From Nanobdellota archaeon (GTDB taxonomy: Archaea; Nanobdellota; Nanobdellia; Pacearchaeales; GW2011-AR1), in contig JAUSKH010000002.1 in the NCBI GenBank assembly GCA_030647095.1, forward strand, positions 1 through 39,247: a DNA stretch of 39,247 nt. The letters are read 5' to 3'. The notes under the pieces were generated by a model, which ran no database searches, was not told where the DNA came from, and worked only from the letters and a program-made list of their open reading frames with translations. Shown here piece by piece: positions 26,396 through 35,495 of this stretch. Position 1 is the first letter of the stretch. Each line of letters begins with the position of its first letter. The translations under genes and the position numbers were made by a program.

Positions 26396-29300
26396 TCATC
26401 TATTTAGTAACACTCCCTGCGCAACAATGTCGCATTGATCATTTCTATTCATATTTCCAAACTTATCTTTGCACTTAATATAATATGTTTTCAAGCTATC
26501 AAATGTAACTCTGTGGATAATTCCATCAATATCTTCATTAGTTTGCTCCCCTTTTTCAAATTCAAATGAGCAAGGGTCAGTTTTTCCTTCTTGAGCTTTA
26601 GTAACAAAAGAGCATTTAGCTTCTTCATTTGTTATTATTGCAAGCGAGCCTTCATCATTATATGTTCTTGTAACCAAAGGAGGAGTAAGATCTTTTTCTA
26701 TCTTAAAAATACTTTCCTTTTGAGCGCTATTCTTAGCAGAATCCTCGCATTTAACAGCTAGTGTATGCCAACCAGCATTATTTCTTTGTTCAGGCGATTT
26801 ATGGCTTGATCCACCTGATTGTGCAAATGGAACATATTGTTCATTATCAAGAGAATAATAACAATTTGCATTTCCATCAACACCTCCAGAAGTTTGAACC
26901 ATTATATCAATAGAAGCAATAGGAGTTCCAACCCTTATGGTCACATTGTTAGGACTAATAGCATCAACGTTGAGTGGGCTTTCGGTTTTCTTTATATCTA
27001 TTTTTATTCCTTGGTCATTCTTATTCCTTTCTGATTCTCTATCTGTTCCAGCAAGTTCAGGATGATCTTTAGCTCTGGTATATACAACAGTTTCAGAATT
27101 AGTAATAGGAACACTAGCGGTACACTCCCAAGAAGATGTAGTAACTTCTCTGCAATTCATTTGATTTTCCATTTGATCATAATCCTTATCTTCATAACTC
27201 CATCTAGCATCTATAGGCTCACTAGAAGTTATTTTAATTTCTTTTTCAGTTGCTCCATAAGGAAGCAAATTATTATCTTCGCTAGCACTAATAATAGGGG
27301 CAGTATGATCTTCTTGAGTCACACAAATATTGATTACATAATCTCTAGGACTTGGATTTCCATTTGCATCCTGGCATTTAACATACAAATTAAATTCTTT
27401 TGTCTGTCCTTGAGGAACTTGCTCTCCAACAGAATTTAACAAATCAAGCCCACGCACTATTTCACTATGTTCTTTATTAAGAGAATTATCTCCTGCCAAG
27501 TAACTCATTTCATCAAAAGACGCTGCCGCATTAGTTCCTAATTTACATCTTCCATATTCATCTAATTTAATTCCAAAGTTTACTGTTTCATATTGCGAAA
27601 TACAAGCATTTCCACCTCCAGTTCTTCTAATTTTGAATCCATTTTCAGAAATATCTTGATATTCAAATCCAGCACTCTTTGCTTCCTCCAATTCAGATAT
27701 TCTAGGTCCTGTCACATCACTAGGGGAAATATCAATACACTTAAGATTAGGGTCTTCTCCTTCTAATTTACAACTCCCTCCCAAAGACTGACAAGCATAT
27801 TCATTGCATGGGAATCCATCAGTTCCACATTTCTCGCAATTGCTTCCTCCCATAGGCTGTACCCACGGCTTACACTCAAATGAAACATGAACATATTTAA
27901 TTTCTCCAACACCCATTATCCAATTTGTTACAATTGAAGCAATAACAACTACAGCTAATACAACACCAATTGGTCCAGGCGCAAAACCCAAGAATCCACT
28001 TACACTAGAAGTGCTAAGTGCAGCATATCCTATTAACCCTCCTGACACTGCTCCCATTCCCATCAAAGTATAAGTTTGAGCAACACCCATTCCTCTTCCA
28101 ATACCACTAACTGAAATCAAGATAGATGTCGCTGCAAACCCAACTGCTGCTCCCATTATTGCTCCTCCAAATGCAGACATAGTAGGAGCACCAGCAGCAG
28201 GCGCAGTCGTAGTGGTCGTCGTTGTAGTCGCAGGCGCTCCGCCATATAATTGCGCACTAGCGGCCCCATCGACAGCAATATATTCTCCACCACTTGTAGC
28301 AACAGGTACTAATGTTCCTCCTTCAACAGGAGTCATCGAAAGTGCTCCACCAGCCCCCTGATACATTGCTGGAACTGCTTCTGCAGTTAGAGGATTGATT
28401 GCAGTAGGTCCAGTCCATAAAACAGTATCTACTGCAGCAGTACCTACAGGAATAGCAGACGCTGCTCCAGCTGCGCCAGCAGCTCCAATTGAAGCAGTTG
28501 ATGCACCACCAAGCACACCAGCATGTGCCAGTCCATAATATGCTAATGCTCCACCTCCAGCAATTCCACCAACCCATGGAAGTTCACTTCCACTGTATCC
28601 TCCAGGCTTTGGAGTTCCTCCAGTATAAACATTACCTTGCCCGTTCCCGCTTGAACTTTGCGTAGACGAGCCACCAAAACCATTCCCCAAAATAGCACTT
28701 AATCCTCCTACTCCTCCATTACTTGCCCCTATACTTTTTTGCAAGGTTTGGCTGTTAGCCGCATCAATATATTTTGTTTTATCAGGTACAGCATCGGAAA
28801 ATGTTAACAAAGAGTTAGTAAAGGAACCAAGAAGAGATGAAGCACCAAGCACAGGTTTTTTATTTCTACACTCTCCAGGCGTACCAGTAACACATTTCTT
28901 TAAGTCATAACCACCAATTCCGCCACTAATACCTTTATAATTAACTTTCTGACCACAATCTCCTAAACTTGTGCAAAAATTATTCATCTCACTTACAAAT
29001 TTTTGAGAAGGTTGAGTGCTGTCTGGATCATTTCCCTCAACACATTCGCAATTTGCTTTGCAAACCCATTCAACAGGTCCAAAAAGAAAACCTTTCTGTT
29101 CTTTTACAAAAACAGCTGTACACTCTTGACTAGCAAATTTACATACTTGCTCTCCACCTCCACTAACACCATTTCCCAAATTAAATCCAGGAGGATATTT
29201 AGGTAAGCAGACAGGGAATCTAAAATTCTTCCCTACTTCTACTGTTTTGACAAAACAATCAGGATCAAATTCACATTGGGTCATTGCTAATATCACTTGA

Positions 29301-30913
29301 GCAGTTCCCAAACCTCCTCCAACTTGTTGAGTAGGATTATATTTCAAACACTCCTGCCATCTATTTACTCTGCACGCGGCAGTTGAAAACTTTTCACTAC
29401 TTCCCTCTTTTGGCTCTTGATGTTCTGTGCAGATTTGATTTCTATAATTTTCACAAGCAGTTAATTCTATCTTGCCATCTTGACAAGATTTTCTATAGAA
29501 TAGACTTCCTGGAGGACCTATTGACCTTCCTCCAATAAAACCACCTATGAAACCTCCACCTATCCCGCCTAATCCTCCAGCATAACTTAAAGCAGCAAAT
29601 CCAGGTATGTCTGCTCCCGCAACACCAAATTTTGTTTGATAAGCACACCACGTTTCTCCATTTTCCCTTCTTCTTCCATTATCAGAATCATCTTCGCATC
29701 CAAGATTTAAACATACATCTCCTTGACTTGTATCATCTAATTTTTCTTCACTTGTTTTATCTCCACAAACACTTCCAAAAAGACGATTGCAATTTCCACA
29801 ACTAGCCTGATTCTTTAACCAATCTCCAGCTTCGCCAATGCTACAACTTTCGCTTTTAGCTAACAGCATTCCTTCTTTTCCAGCAACTTCACTTCCGTAA
29901 ATATTCTCTCTATTTCCACAACTATCAAACCAGTAAACTTCATCCAAACCATCAACACAAGAACTACTTTTCTTTGTAGTACAAATAGTATTCAAAGAAG
30001 GATTAGAACAAAGCATTCCAGCATTGAATGTTCCATGTATTTGAGAACATTCACTTTGACTTACTAGCTTACATCCTTTCATTCCAGAGGAATCACCACT
30101 ATCAAAAGTACATGCTCCCTGCTGTTCTCCAGTTGCTAGAGCTAAACAAGCCATTTCTGAATTAAGAGTAGAATCAAACGTCGCAGACTCTCCATAAACA
30201 AGACCAAGATCTTCTGCCGTTTTTTGGCATTGTAAATCTGTCGTGAATTTAGCTTCAGTTCCTAAAACACAACACCCTCGATTACATTCTTCTATATTAC
30301 CATTGGGATCATCAAACCATTTTCCTTCTTTCTCTTCACATGATCCTTTTGGAGCATTGAACTGACAGATACCCTCACTAGGATCCTGGCAAGTTCCTAT
30401 TTTACATTCATCAGGCGCATTTCCACCAGGAGAATTAAGATTTGCTATTTGAGTGCATCCTCCAGGCAGGCATTTATCTTCGCAATCTTTAGTAGTATAC
30501 TTCTGGCACTGTTCTCCCTTTTTTGATTTTATACATATGCTAATGCCTCCGCCAGTTACACTATCAATTCCTTGTAATATCTGTTGAGGATTAATTCCAG
30601 CCAAGTCAGAGGCAGATAAGGCAGAAACAAAATTATTTCCTAATAATAAATAGAGCAGTTTCTCAAAACTTCCTTTCCAACCTTCATTTACAATTCCAGA
30701 AACTCCCCCTAAACTCTGGCTTTCAAAATAAGAAAAAGAGAACAGCATCCCAATTAATAATATCATCTCGGCAATAGCATCTATTTTTTTATTGCTCCAA
30801 ATGGGTTTAGTACCTTTCAGCTTGCTAAGATTAGTCTCGTTCGTTTCCATTTGGAGGCTTAAAGAATACACTTCCGCCTTTCTCAATTTGGATTCTTTAT
30901 TTCTTTGTCTCAT
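26396..30913 (-). CDS. 1505-aa Cys-rich surface protein with central Gly/Ala-rich hydrophobic helices
   Basis: N-terminal hydrophobic segment, Cys-rich N-half, several GxxxG hydrophobic segments, C-half with CxDxxGN repeats. Confidence 0.88.
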   Translation of the reverse strand: MRQRNKESKLRKAEVYSLSLQMETNETNLSKLKGTKPIWSNKKIDAIAEMILLIGMLFSFSYFESQSLGGVSGIVNEGWKGSFEKLLYLLLGNNFVSALSASDLAGINPQQILQGIDSVTGGGISICIKSKKGEQCQKYTTKDCEDKCLPGGCTQIANLNSPGGNAPDECKIGTCQDPSEGICQFNAPKGSCEEKEGKWFDDPNGNIEECNRGCCVLGTEAKFTTDLQCQKTAEDLGLVYGESATFDSTLNSEMACLALATGEQQGACTFDSGDSSGMKGCKLVSQSECSQIHGTFNAGMLCSNPSLNTICTTKKSSSCVDGLDEVYWFDSCGNRENIYGSEVAGKEGMLLAKSESCSIGEAGDWLKNQASCGNCNRLFGSVCGDKTSEEKLDDTSQGDVCLNLGCEDDSDNGRRRENGETWCAYQTKFGVAGADIPGFAALSYAGGLGGIGGGFIGGFIGGRSIGPPGSLFYRKSCQDGKIELTACENYRNQICTEHQEPKEGSSEKFSTAACRVNRWQECLKYNPTQQVGGGLGTAQVILAMTQCEFDPDCFVKTVEVGKNFRFPVCLPKYPPGFNLGNGVSGGGEQVCKFASQECTAVFVKEQKGFLFGPVEWVCKANCECVEGNDPDSTQPSQKFVSEMNNFCTSLGDCGQKVNYKGISGGIGGYDLKKCVTGTPGECRNKKPVLGASSLLGSFTNSLLTFSDAVPDKTKYIDAANSQTLQKSIGASNGGVGGLSAILGNGFGGSSTQSSSGNGQGNVYTGGTPKPGGYSGSELPWVGGIAGGGALAYYGLAHAGVLGGASTASIGAAGAAGAASAIPVGTAAVDTVLWTGPTAINPLTAEAVPAMYQGAGGALSMTPVEGGTLVPVATSGGEYIAVDGAASAQLYGGAPATTTTTTTTAPAAGAPTMSAFGGAIMGAAVGFAATSILISVSGIGRGMGVAQTYTLMGMGAVSGGLIGYAALSTSSVSGFLGFAPGPIGVVLAVVVIASIVTNWIMGVGEIKYVHVSFECKPWVQPMGGSNCEKCGTDGFPCNEYACQSLGGSCKLEGEDPNLKCIDISPSDVTGPRISELEEAKSAGFEYQDISENGFKIRRTGGGNACISQYETVNFGIKLDEYGRCKLGTNAAASFDEMSYLAGDNSLNKEHSEIVRGLDLLNSVGEQVPQGQTKEFNLYVKCQDANGNPSPRDYVINICVTQEDHTAPIISASEDNNLLPYGATEKEIKITSSEPIDARWSYEDKDYDQMENQMNCREVTTSSWECTASVPITNSETVVYTRAKDHPELAGTDRESERNKNDQGIKIDIKKTESPLNVDAISPNNVTIRVGTPIASIDIMVQTSGGVDGNANCYYSLDNEQYVPFAQSGGSSHKSPEQRNNAGWHTLAVKCEDSAKNSAQKESIFKIEKDLTPPLVTRTYNDEGSLAIITNEEAKCSFVTKAQEGKTDPCSFEFEKGEQTNEDIDGIIHRVTFDSLKTYYIKCKDKFGNMNRNDQCDIVAQGVLLNR

Positions 30914-30915
30914 TA

Positions 30916-31677
30916 TTAAAGTCCTGATGGAATAGCACAGCTTCTTGTAGCCACCATCATATATTTTCCAGTTTTAGTATCTCTTATTGTGTAAATCTTT
31001 GTAGATTCTGGAAAAGAATATCTAGTTATTGAGAATCTTGGATAAAGTAAATGATATCCAACATTTTCAAAATAACAGTATTTAGCTTCCTGTGCAGCAA
31101 TCTCTGTTGCAACTATTGCTAAATCATAAGCAGGACTCATAACATCAACATCAAATTCGTCATAAGTTCTTGTCTCTTGTTTTGTTGAAACAGTTGTTGA
31201 CCTGATTATCTTAACTTTAACTTTATTAGGAACAAGCGAGACATTAATCAAAATAGATCCATAACTAATGTTCCCCTGCCTCTTTTCTGCTTCTTTTTGT
31301 AAATCAAAGAAGCAATCAGCAATATTGCCGTAAAGATAATCTCCTATTTCTTTCTTCATTTCATTTAGAAGCATTGGATGTTGGTTTATGCAAGGATCGT
31401 AACTACCTATATTCTCACATAAATATTCCACATTTGTATTATTATATCTCTTTGTATTTCTTGGGCTGACAAAACCACCTTGTGGTAGCATAATATTTAA
31501 TGCTTCTTGAGTATTTTTTTCAGTACACTGTTCAATAAATGTTTGCGCATCAATAATGCCTGGCTCAGGCGTTCTAAATAAGTTAGGTCCCCTTCTAAGC
31601 ATAAAGAAGATAAGTATAGACGCAGCTAACACTAATGCAATAATAACCCAAATAGCTAGCTGCCCTCTTTTACTCAT
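30916..31677 (-). CDS. Pilin-like protein with class III signal peptide
   Basis: MSKRG|QLAIWVIIALVLAASIL; paralog of 25590-26351. Confidence 0.8.
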   Translation of the reverse strand: MSKRGQLAIWVIIALVLAASILIFFMLRRGPNLFRTPEPGIIDAQTFIEQCTEKNTQEALNIMLPQGGFVSPRNTKRYNNTNVEYLCENIGSYDPCINQHPMLLNEMKKEIGDYLYGNIADCFFDLQKEAEKRQGNISYGSILINVSLVPNKVKVKIIRSTTVSTKQETRTYDEFDVDVMSPAYDLAIVATEIAAQEAKYCYFENVGYHLLYPRFSITRYSFPESTKIYTIRDTKTGKYMMVATRSCAIPSGL

Positions 31678-31822
31678 TTTTTTGTTTACCTTCTTTTTGC
31701 CATAATAATAAAATAGCCTCCTCTATTGCATGGGATTTATTGCGATAAGAACGTTTCTTTAGTAATACATCTAGAATCTTCTTTGTTTCTGGATCTATTG
31801 TAGCTGATACTCTTTTCTTCAT
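31670..31822 (-). CDS. Ribbon-helix-helix (CopG/Arc-like) regulator heading the surface-protein operon
   Basis: Hand translation MKKRVSATIDPETKKILDVLLKKRSYRNKSHAIEEAILLLWQKEGKQKNE; overlaps the start of the pilin gene. Confidence 0.8.
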   Translation of the reverse strand: MKKRVSATIDPETKKILDVLLKKRSYRNKSHAIEEAILLLWQKEGKQKNE

Positions 31823-31938
31823 TATTTTTAGTAATACTCAATAACATTAAATATATTAAGTATTATTTAATAAACTAAATATTACTTTATATTACTATCA
31901 AACCATACTTATAAATATTTGCTCATTCATAAAAAACC

Positions 31939-32499
31939 ATGGAACCTAAAACTCCTGACAAATCACAACTAGGACAAGTTCATGTCTTTTGGGGAGATGG
32001 AAAAGGAAAAACAACTTCTGCTTTTGGTACTGCTTTGCGTGCCTGCGGCAATGGCTACAAAGTGCACCTAGTGCAATTTATGAAAAATGGTACAGGAGAT
32101 GCAGAATTAGAAATTCCTGGAGAAATAATCTCCTTAGCCAAATTTAATAATTTTTCATATAAAAGATTTGGTACGGGCTCTTGGGTAATAGGCAAACCAA
32201 AACAACACCACATAGACAAAGTAAGCGAAGCATTTGATTATCTTAAATCATCTCTAAATCAAGATTACGATATTATAATAGCAGACGAAATATTATATGC
32301 AGTACAACTCGGACTTCTCGAAGAAAACAAAGTTGTAGAATTAATTAGAACAAAACCAAAAAACAAAGAACTTATTCTGACAGGTTCTCACATACCTTTT
32401 CCAAACATCTTTGAACTTGCAGATTTAGTTACAGAAATAAAAAAGATTAAGCATCCTTATGATGCAGGGATCATGGCGAGAAAAGGTATAGAATACTAA
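31939..32499 (+). CDS. cobO: Cob(I)alamin adenosyltransferase (CobO/BtuR family)
   Basis: GDGKGKTTSAFGTALRACG, VQFMK, ELILTG, KHPYDAGIMARKGIEY. Confidence 0.93.
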   Translation: MEPKTPDKSQLGQVHVFWGDGKGKTTSAFGTALRACGNGYKVHLVQFMKNGTGDAELEIPGEIISLAKFNNFSYKRFGTGSWVIGKPKQHHIDKVSEAFDYLKSSLNQDYDIIIADEILYAVQLGLLEENKVVELIRTKPKNKELILTGSHIPFPNIFELADLVTEIKKIKHPYDAGIMARKGIEY

Positions 32500-32543
32500 T
32501 TTATAGCACATATATTTATAAAAACCTTTCAATTAAATACCGA

Positions 32544-33292
32544 ATGAAAAAAGAGGTGTTCATAATACTAATACTAGCAACTCTCCTTCTAATTTCCTAT
32601 TCTCCCCAATCAAATCACAAAATATTATCAAAATAGAACTACAAGCAAACGTTATCAATCAAACCTCTCAAAATCTGACAATTATAGGAAACGATGGAAA
32701 AGAATTCTCTTACAATTCCATCAACTTTACAGATTTTAATATATCTTTAGTATCTCTATCCATGCAGCCTACAGAATTAGCCTCTGAATATTTTCCTCCG
32801 GTGAATAATGTGTACAATTTTGACATTGAATTATTGGATAAATTCAATAATACCATATTTAGAAAGGAAGCAGGGTACGAATTTTACGAATTCTACGCTA
32901 AACAAAGGTATTTAGTATTTAATATAAGAGATAGTTCTGCTCTTCAGTCACTAAGAGTAACCTATTCTGGGCAAGAGAAACTATTTACAGACTTAAAGGA
33001 ATCTTTATGCAATACAGATAAGATTTGTGAGGGTTTTGAAGATTACTATTCTTGTCCAAGCGATTGTACAATAAACGCTAAAGACAATCAATGTATCCTG
33101 AAAGCAGATAGTCTGTGTGACCCTGATTGCATATATAATCCTGACTGTCAGCATAATGCTTCAAATTCTAGCACTTCTTCATTTTGGATAAAGAATAAAG
33201 CGTCAATCTCGGTGTTTGCAGTGGCGATAATTTTTCTAATAATACTACTAACGATAGTTGTTATTCTGCTAAAAAGAGAAAGTAAGTCTTAA
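32544..33292 (+). pseudogene. Frameshifted gene for a membrane-anchored Cys-rich surface protein
   Basis: Signal peptide MKKEVFIILILATLLLIS from ATG 32544 is in a different frame from the body (SQNIIKIELQ...CNTDKICEGFEDYYSCPSDC...CDPDC, C-terminal TM). Confidence 0.65.
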
Positions 33293-33660
33293 TAAGGAGG
33301 ATATTTCATCTTACGAGATAACTCTATGTCTCTTAAGATTTTCTCTCTTGTAAATTCAGATTCCCAATTCTGTGCTTCTTTTAGACTACCAAAATTTATA
33401 ACTCTATTCTTAAGTATTACTCCTTCCCTATAAGCTAAGTTTCCTTCTCTTTTCCAACCTGCTATATTTTTATTATCATAGGGCTTTACAATTCTCATAT
33501 CATCATGACTTTTATGTTGCATATGATAGTCATAAACTGGATAATTAGTGCTAGAATTTAGGTTGCTCTCGTTAGCAGGTCTTTTATTCAAACTACATCC
33601 TGCAACGCCTAAAGCTATCAGACCGGTTAATCCTAGTGAAGCACCTTTTAAATTTCTCAT
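33289..33660 (-). CDS. Predicted lipoprotein
   Basis: Signal peptide ending in lipobox-like LGVAG|C. Confidence 0.6.
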   Translation of the reverse strand: MRNLKGASLGLTGLIALGVAGCSLNKRPANESNLNSSTNYPVYDYHMQHKSHDDMRIVKPYDNKNIAGWKREGNLAYREGVILKNRVINFGSLKEAQNWESEFTREKILRDIELSRKMKYPPY

Positions 33661-33776
33661 ATTCCAAATGGATGTAGCACCTATTTAAATCTTTCCATCT
33701 GTCACCACTAGTAGATGACATATAAAGCCTATTGTGCAAAAGCAATCCTTAAAACCTTCTTAGCCAATCTATCTTA

Positions 33777-34559
33777 ATGATTCCAGTAAACATAAATCCG
33801 ATAATTTTTCGCCTTGGCTCTTTTCAATTAACATATTATGCACTGAATTTTCTTCTAGGTTTTGTAGTTTCTCTAATTGTTTTACTTCAAGCAATAAAAA
33901 ATAAAAAAATAAAAATCACAAAAGAGCAAGCCTACGATCTTATAATCTTGCTTTTAATAGGGATAGTTGTAGGAGCAAGATTATTCCATATTATTTTCTG
34001 GAATTTAATTTACTTTAAAGCTAATCCAATTGAAATATTCTATATTTGGCAGGGTGGTTTAAGCCTCCATGGAGGGATATTAGGAGCATTCATAGTAGGA
34101 ATTATTTTTACAAGAAAAAATAAAATAGATTTCTGGAAATTAGCAGATATACTGGTTCTCCCAGCAATATTTATGCTTGCTCTAGGGAGAATCGCTAATT
34201 TCATTAATGTAGAAATTCTCGGAAAAGTTACTTTATTGCCTTGGTGCGTTCAGTTTGTTGGAATAGAAGGATGTAGACATCCTATACAACTCTACGCAGC
34301 AGCAGGTAGATTCGCGCTATTTTTCTTACTTCTAGCAATCTCAAGAAAAAAGAATCAAAAGCCAGGTTTTATCTTCTGGCTGTTTATAACCTTAATGGGC
34401 ATCGGAAGATTCTTTTTAGATTTCTTACGTATAGACACGCACTATTTAGGTCTTAACGCAGGTCAATGGTTAAGCATAGCAATGTTTATTATTGGTTCTT
34501 TTGCTTTAATAAAATACTATAAAAGAGATTTGAAAAGTTTGTTACATAAAGTATTATAA
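33777..34559 (+). CDS. lgt: Prolipoprotein diacylglyceryl transferase
   Basis: GARLFHI, IWQGGLSLHGGILG, LGRIANFINVE, RHPIQLY, RFFLDFLR, GQWLS. Confidence 0.92.
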   Translation: MIPVNINPIIFRLGSFQLTYYALNFLLGFVVSLIVLLQAIKNKKIKITKEQAYDLIILLLIGIVVGARLFHIIFWNLIYFKANPIEIFYIWQGGLSLHGGILGAFIVGIIFTRKNKIDFWKLADILVLPAIFMLALGRIANFINVEILGKVTLLPWCVQFVGIEGCRHPIQLYAAAGRFALFFLLLAISRKKNQKPGFIFWLFITLMGIGRFFLDFLRIDTHYLGLNAGQWLSIAMFIIGSFALIKYYKRDLKSLLHKVL

Positions 34560-34560
34560 A

Positions 34561-35265
34561 TTAAGCTAAGAAGTCCTTCTCACTTGTTTTACTCTGATTA
34601 TCGACCTTTACAATTCTTTTTAAAACGCCCTTTCTTTTTGATAGTTCTCTTATCTCTTTGGGATCCTTAACATTTTGAGGTATAACTATCTCTGTAATGT
34701 TTAAGATGTGCTTTATAAATATGTCTTTAAAATTAGAATAATCAAAAAACAAATCGTTTACAATATCTTTATTTGAAGTTTTAAGCGAGCAAAAATCTGC
34801 TTTTGGTTCAGCTTCCCCTTTACCTGATGGTTTTCCACTCTTAGGAGCCTTTGCTTTTATTTTTAATTCATATCCTTCAATGGAAAATGAAAGAGCATAA
34901 AAAGCCTTAGGGTATTTAATCATTAATTGTAAAATATTCTTAGGATCTATTTTAGTATTTATAATTAATTGTTTTATTCCCATATATCTTTTAACATTCT
35001 CAATAGGGAAATTAATATCTTTCTGTAAATCTAATGTAGAAATAATTGCACCAGTAACTTGTATTTGAGAATTTATCTTTTCTAATCCAGCTCTAACAAA
35101 AAAGTTTCCAAACTCAGCACTAGATTTTATACTCCACTTATCTTTCTGTGCTTTTCCATCTAGCAAATATCTATTTTCAAATACACCCTTGCTGAATTTT
35201 ACAAAATCAGAGTGTACTTCTTCATCACACTTTCCAAGAAATATTTTTCTTATTACGTTCTCCAT
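34561..35265 (-). CDS. Hypothetical protein
   Basis: 234-aa ORF with normal composition and an upstream TATA; no family recognised. Confidence 0.6.
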   Translation of the reverse strand: MENVIRKIFLGKCDEEVHSDFVKFSKGVFENRYLLDGKAQKDKWSIKSSAEFGNFFVRAGLEKINSQIQVTGAIISTLDLQKDINFPIENVKRYMGIKQLIINTKIDPKNILQLMIKYPKAFYALSFSIEGYELKIKAKAPKSGKPSGKGEAEPKADFCSLKTSNKDIVNDLFFDYSNFKDIFIKHILNITEIVIPQNVKDPKEIRELSKRKGVLKRIVKVDNQSKTSEKDFLA

Positions 35266-35314
35266 TCTTTAGTATATGATGTGGTCTATTTATAAAGTTT
35301 TTTGAATTTTTCTT

Positions 35315-35437
35315 TAAATTCTTATAGAGAAGTTTGAATAATTCAATTTACAAACTTTGCAGCCTCTAAAACTGCAAGATTTTGCCGTTTCAAACTTCTC
35401 TTAGGGAAATTTAGGTAATTTTAAAAATTTCTCTATA
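35315..35437. repeat. Nested inverted repeats between divergent genes
   Basis: AGAGAAGTTTGAA (35326-38)/TTCAAACTTCTCT (35389-401), inner TTGCAG/CTGCAA, and a further arm AAATTTCTCTATA (35425-37). Confidence 0.6.
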
Positions 35438-35495
35438 GTTTTCTGAAAATAGTGTGGGCTGCAAGATTTATATAGAGGAATTTCTATTCTGTTGA

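Noticed and set aside
21728..29206. Many short alternative-frame and antisense ORFs within the surface-protein operon
   Set aside because: Explained by Gly/Ala/Thr codon bias in the long real ORFs; no independent motifs or promoters.
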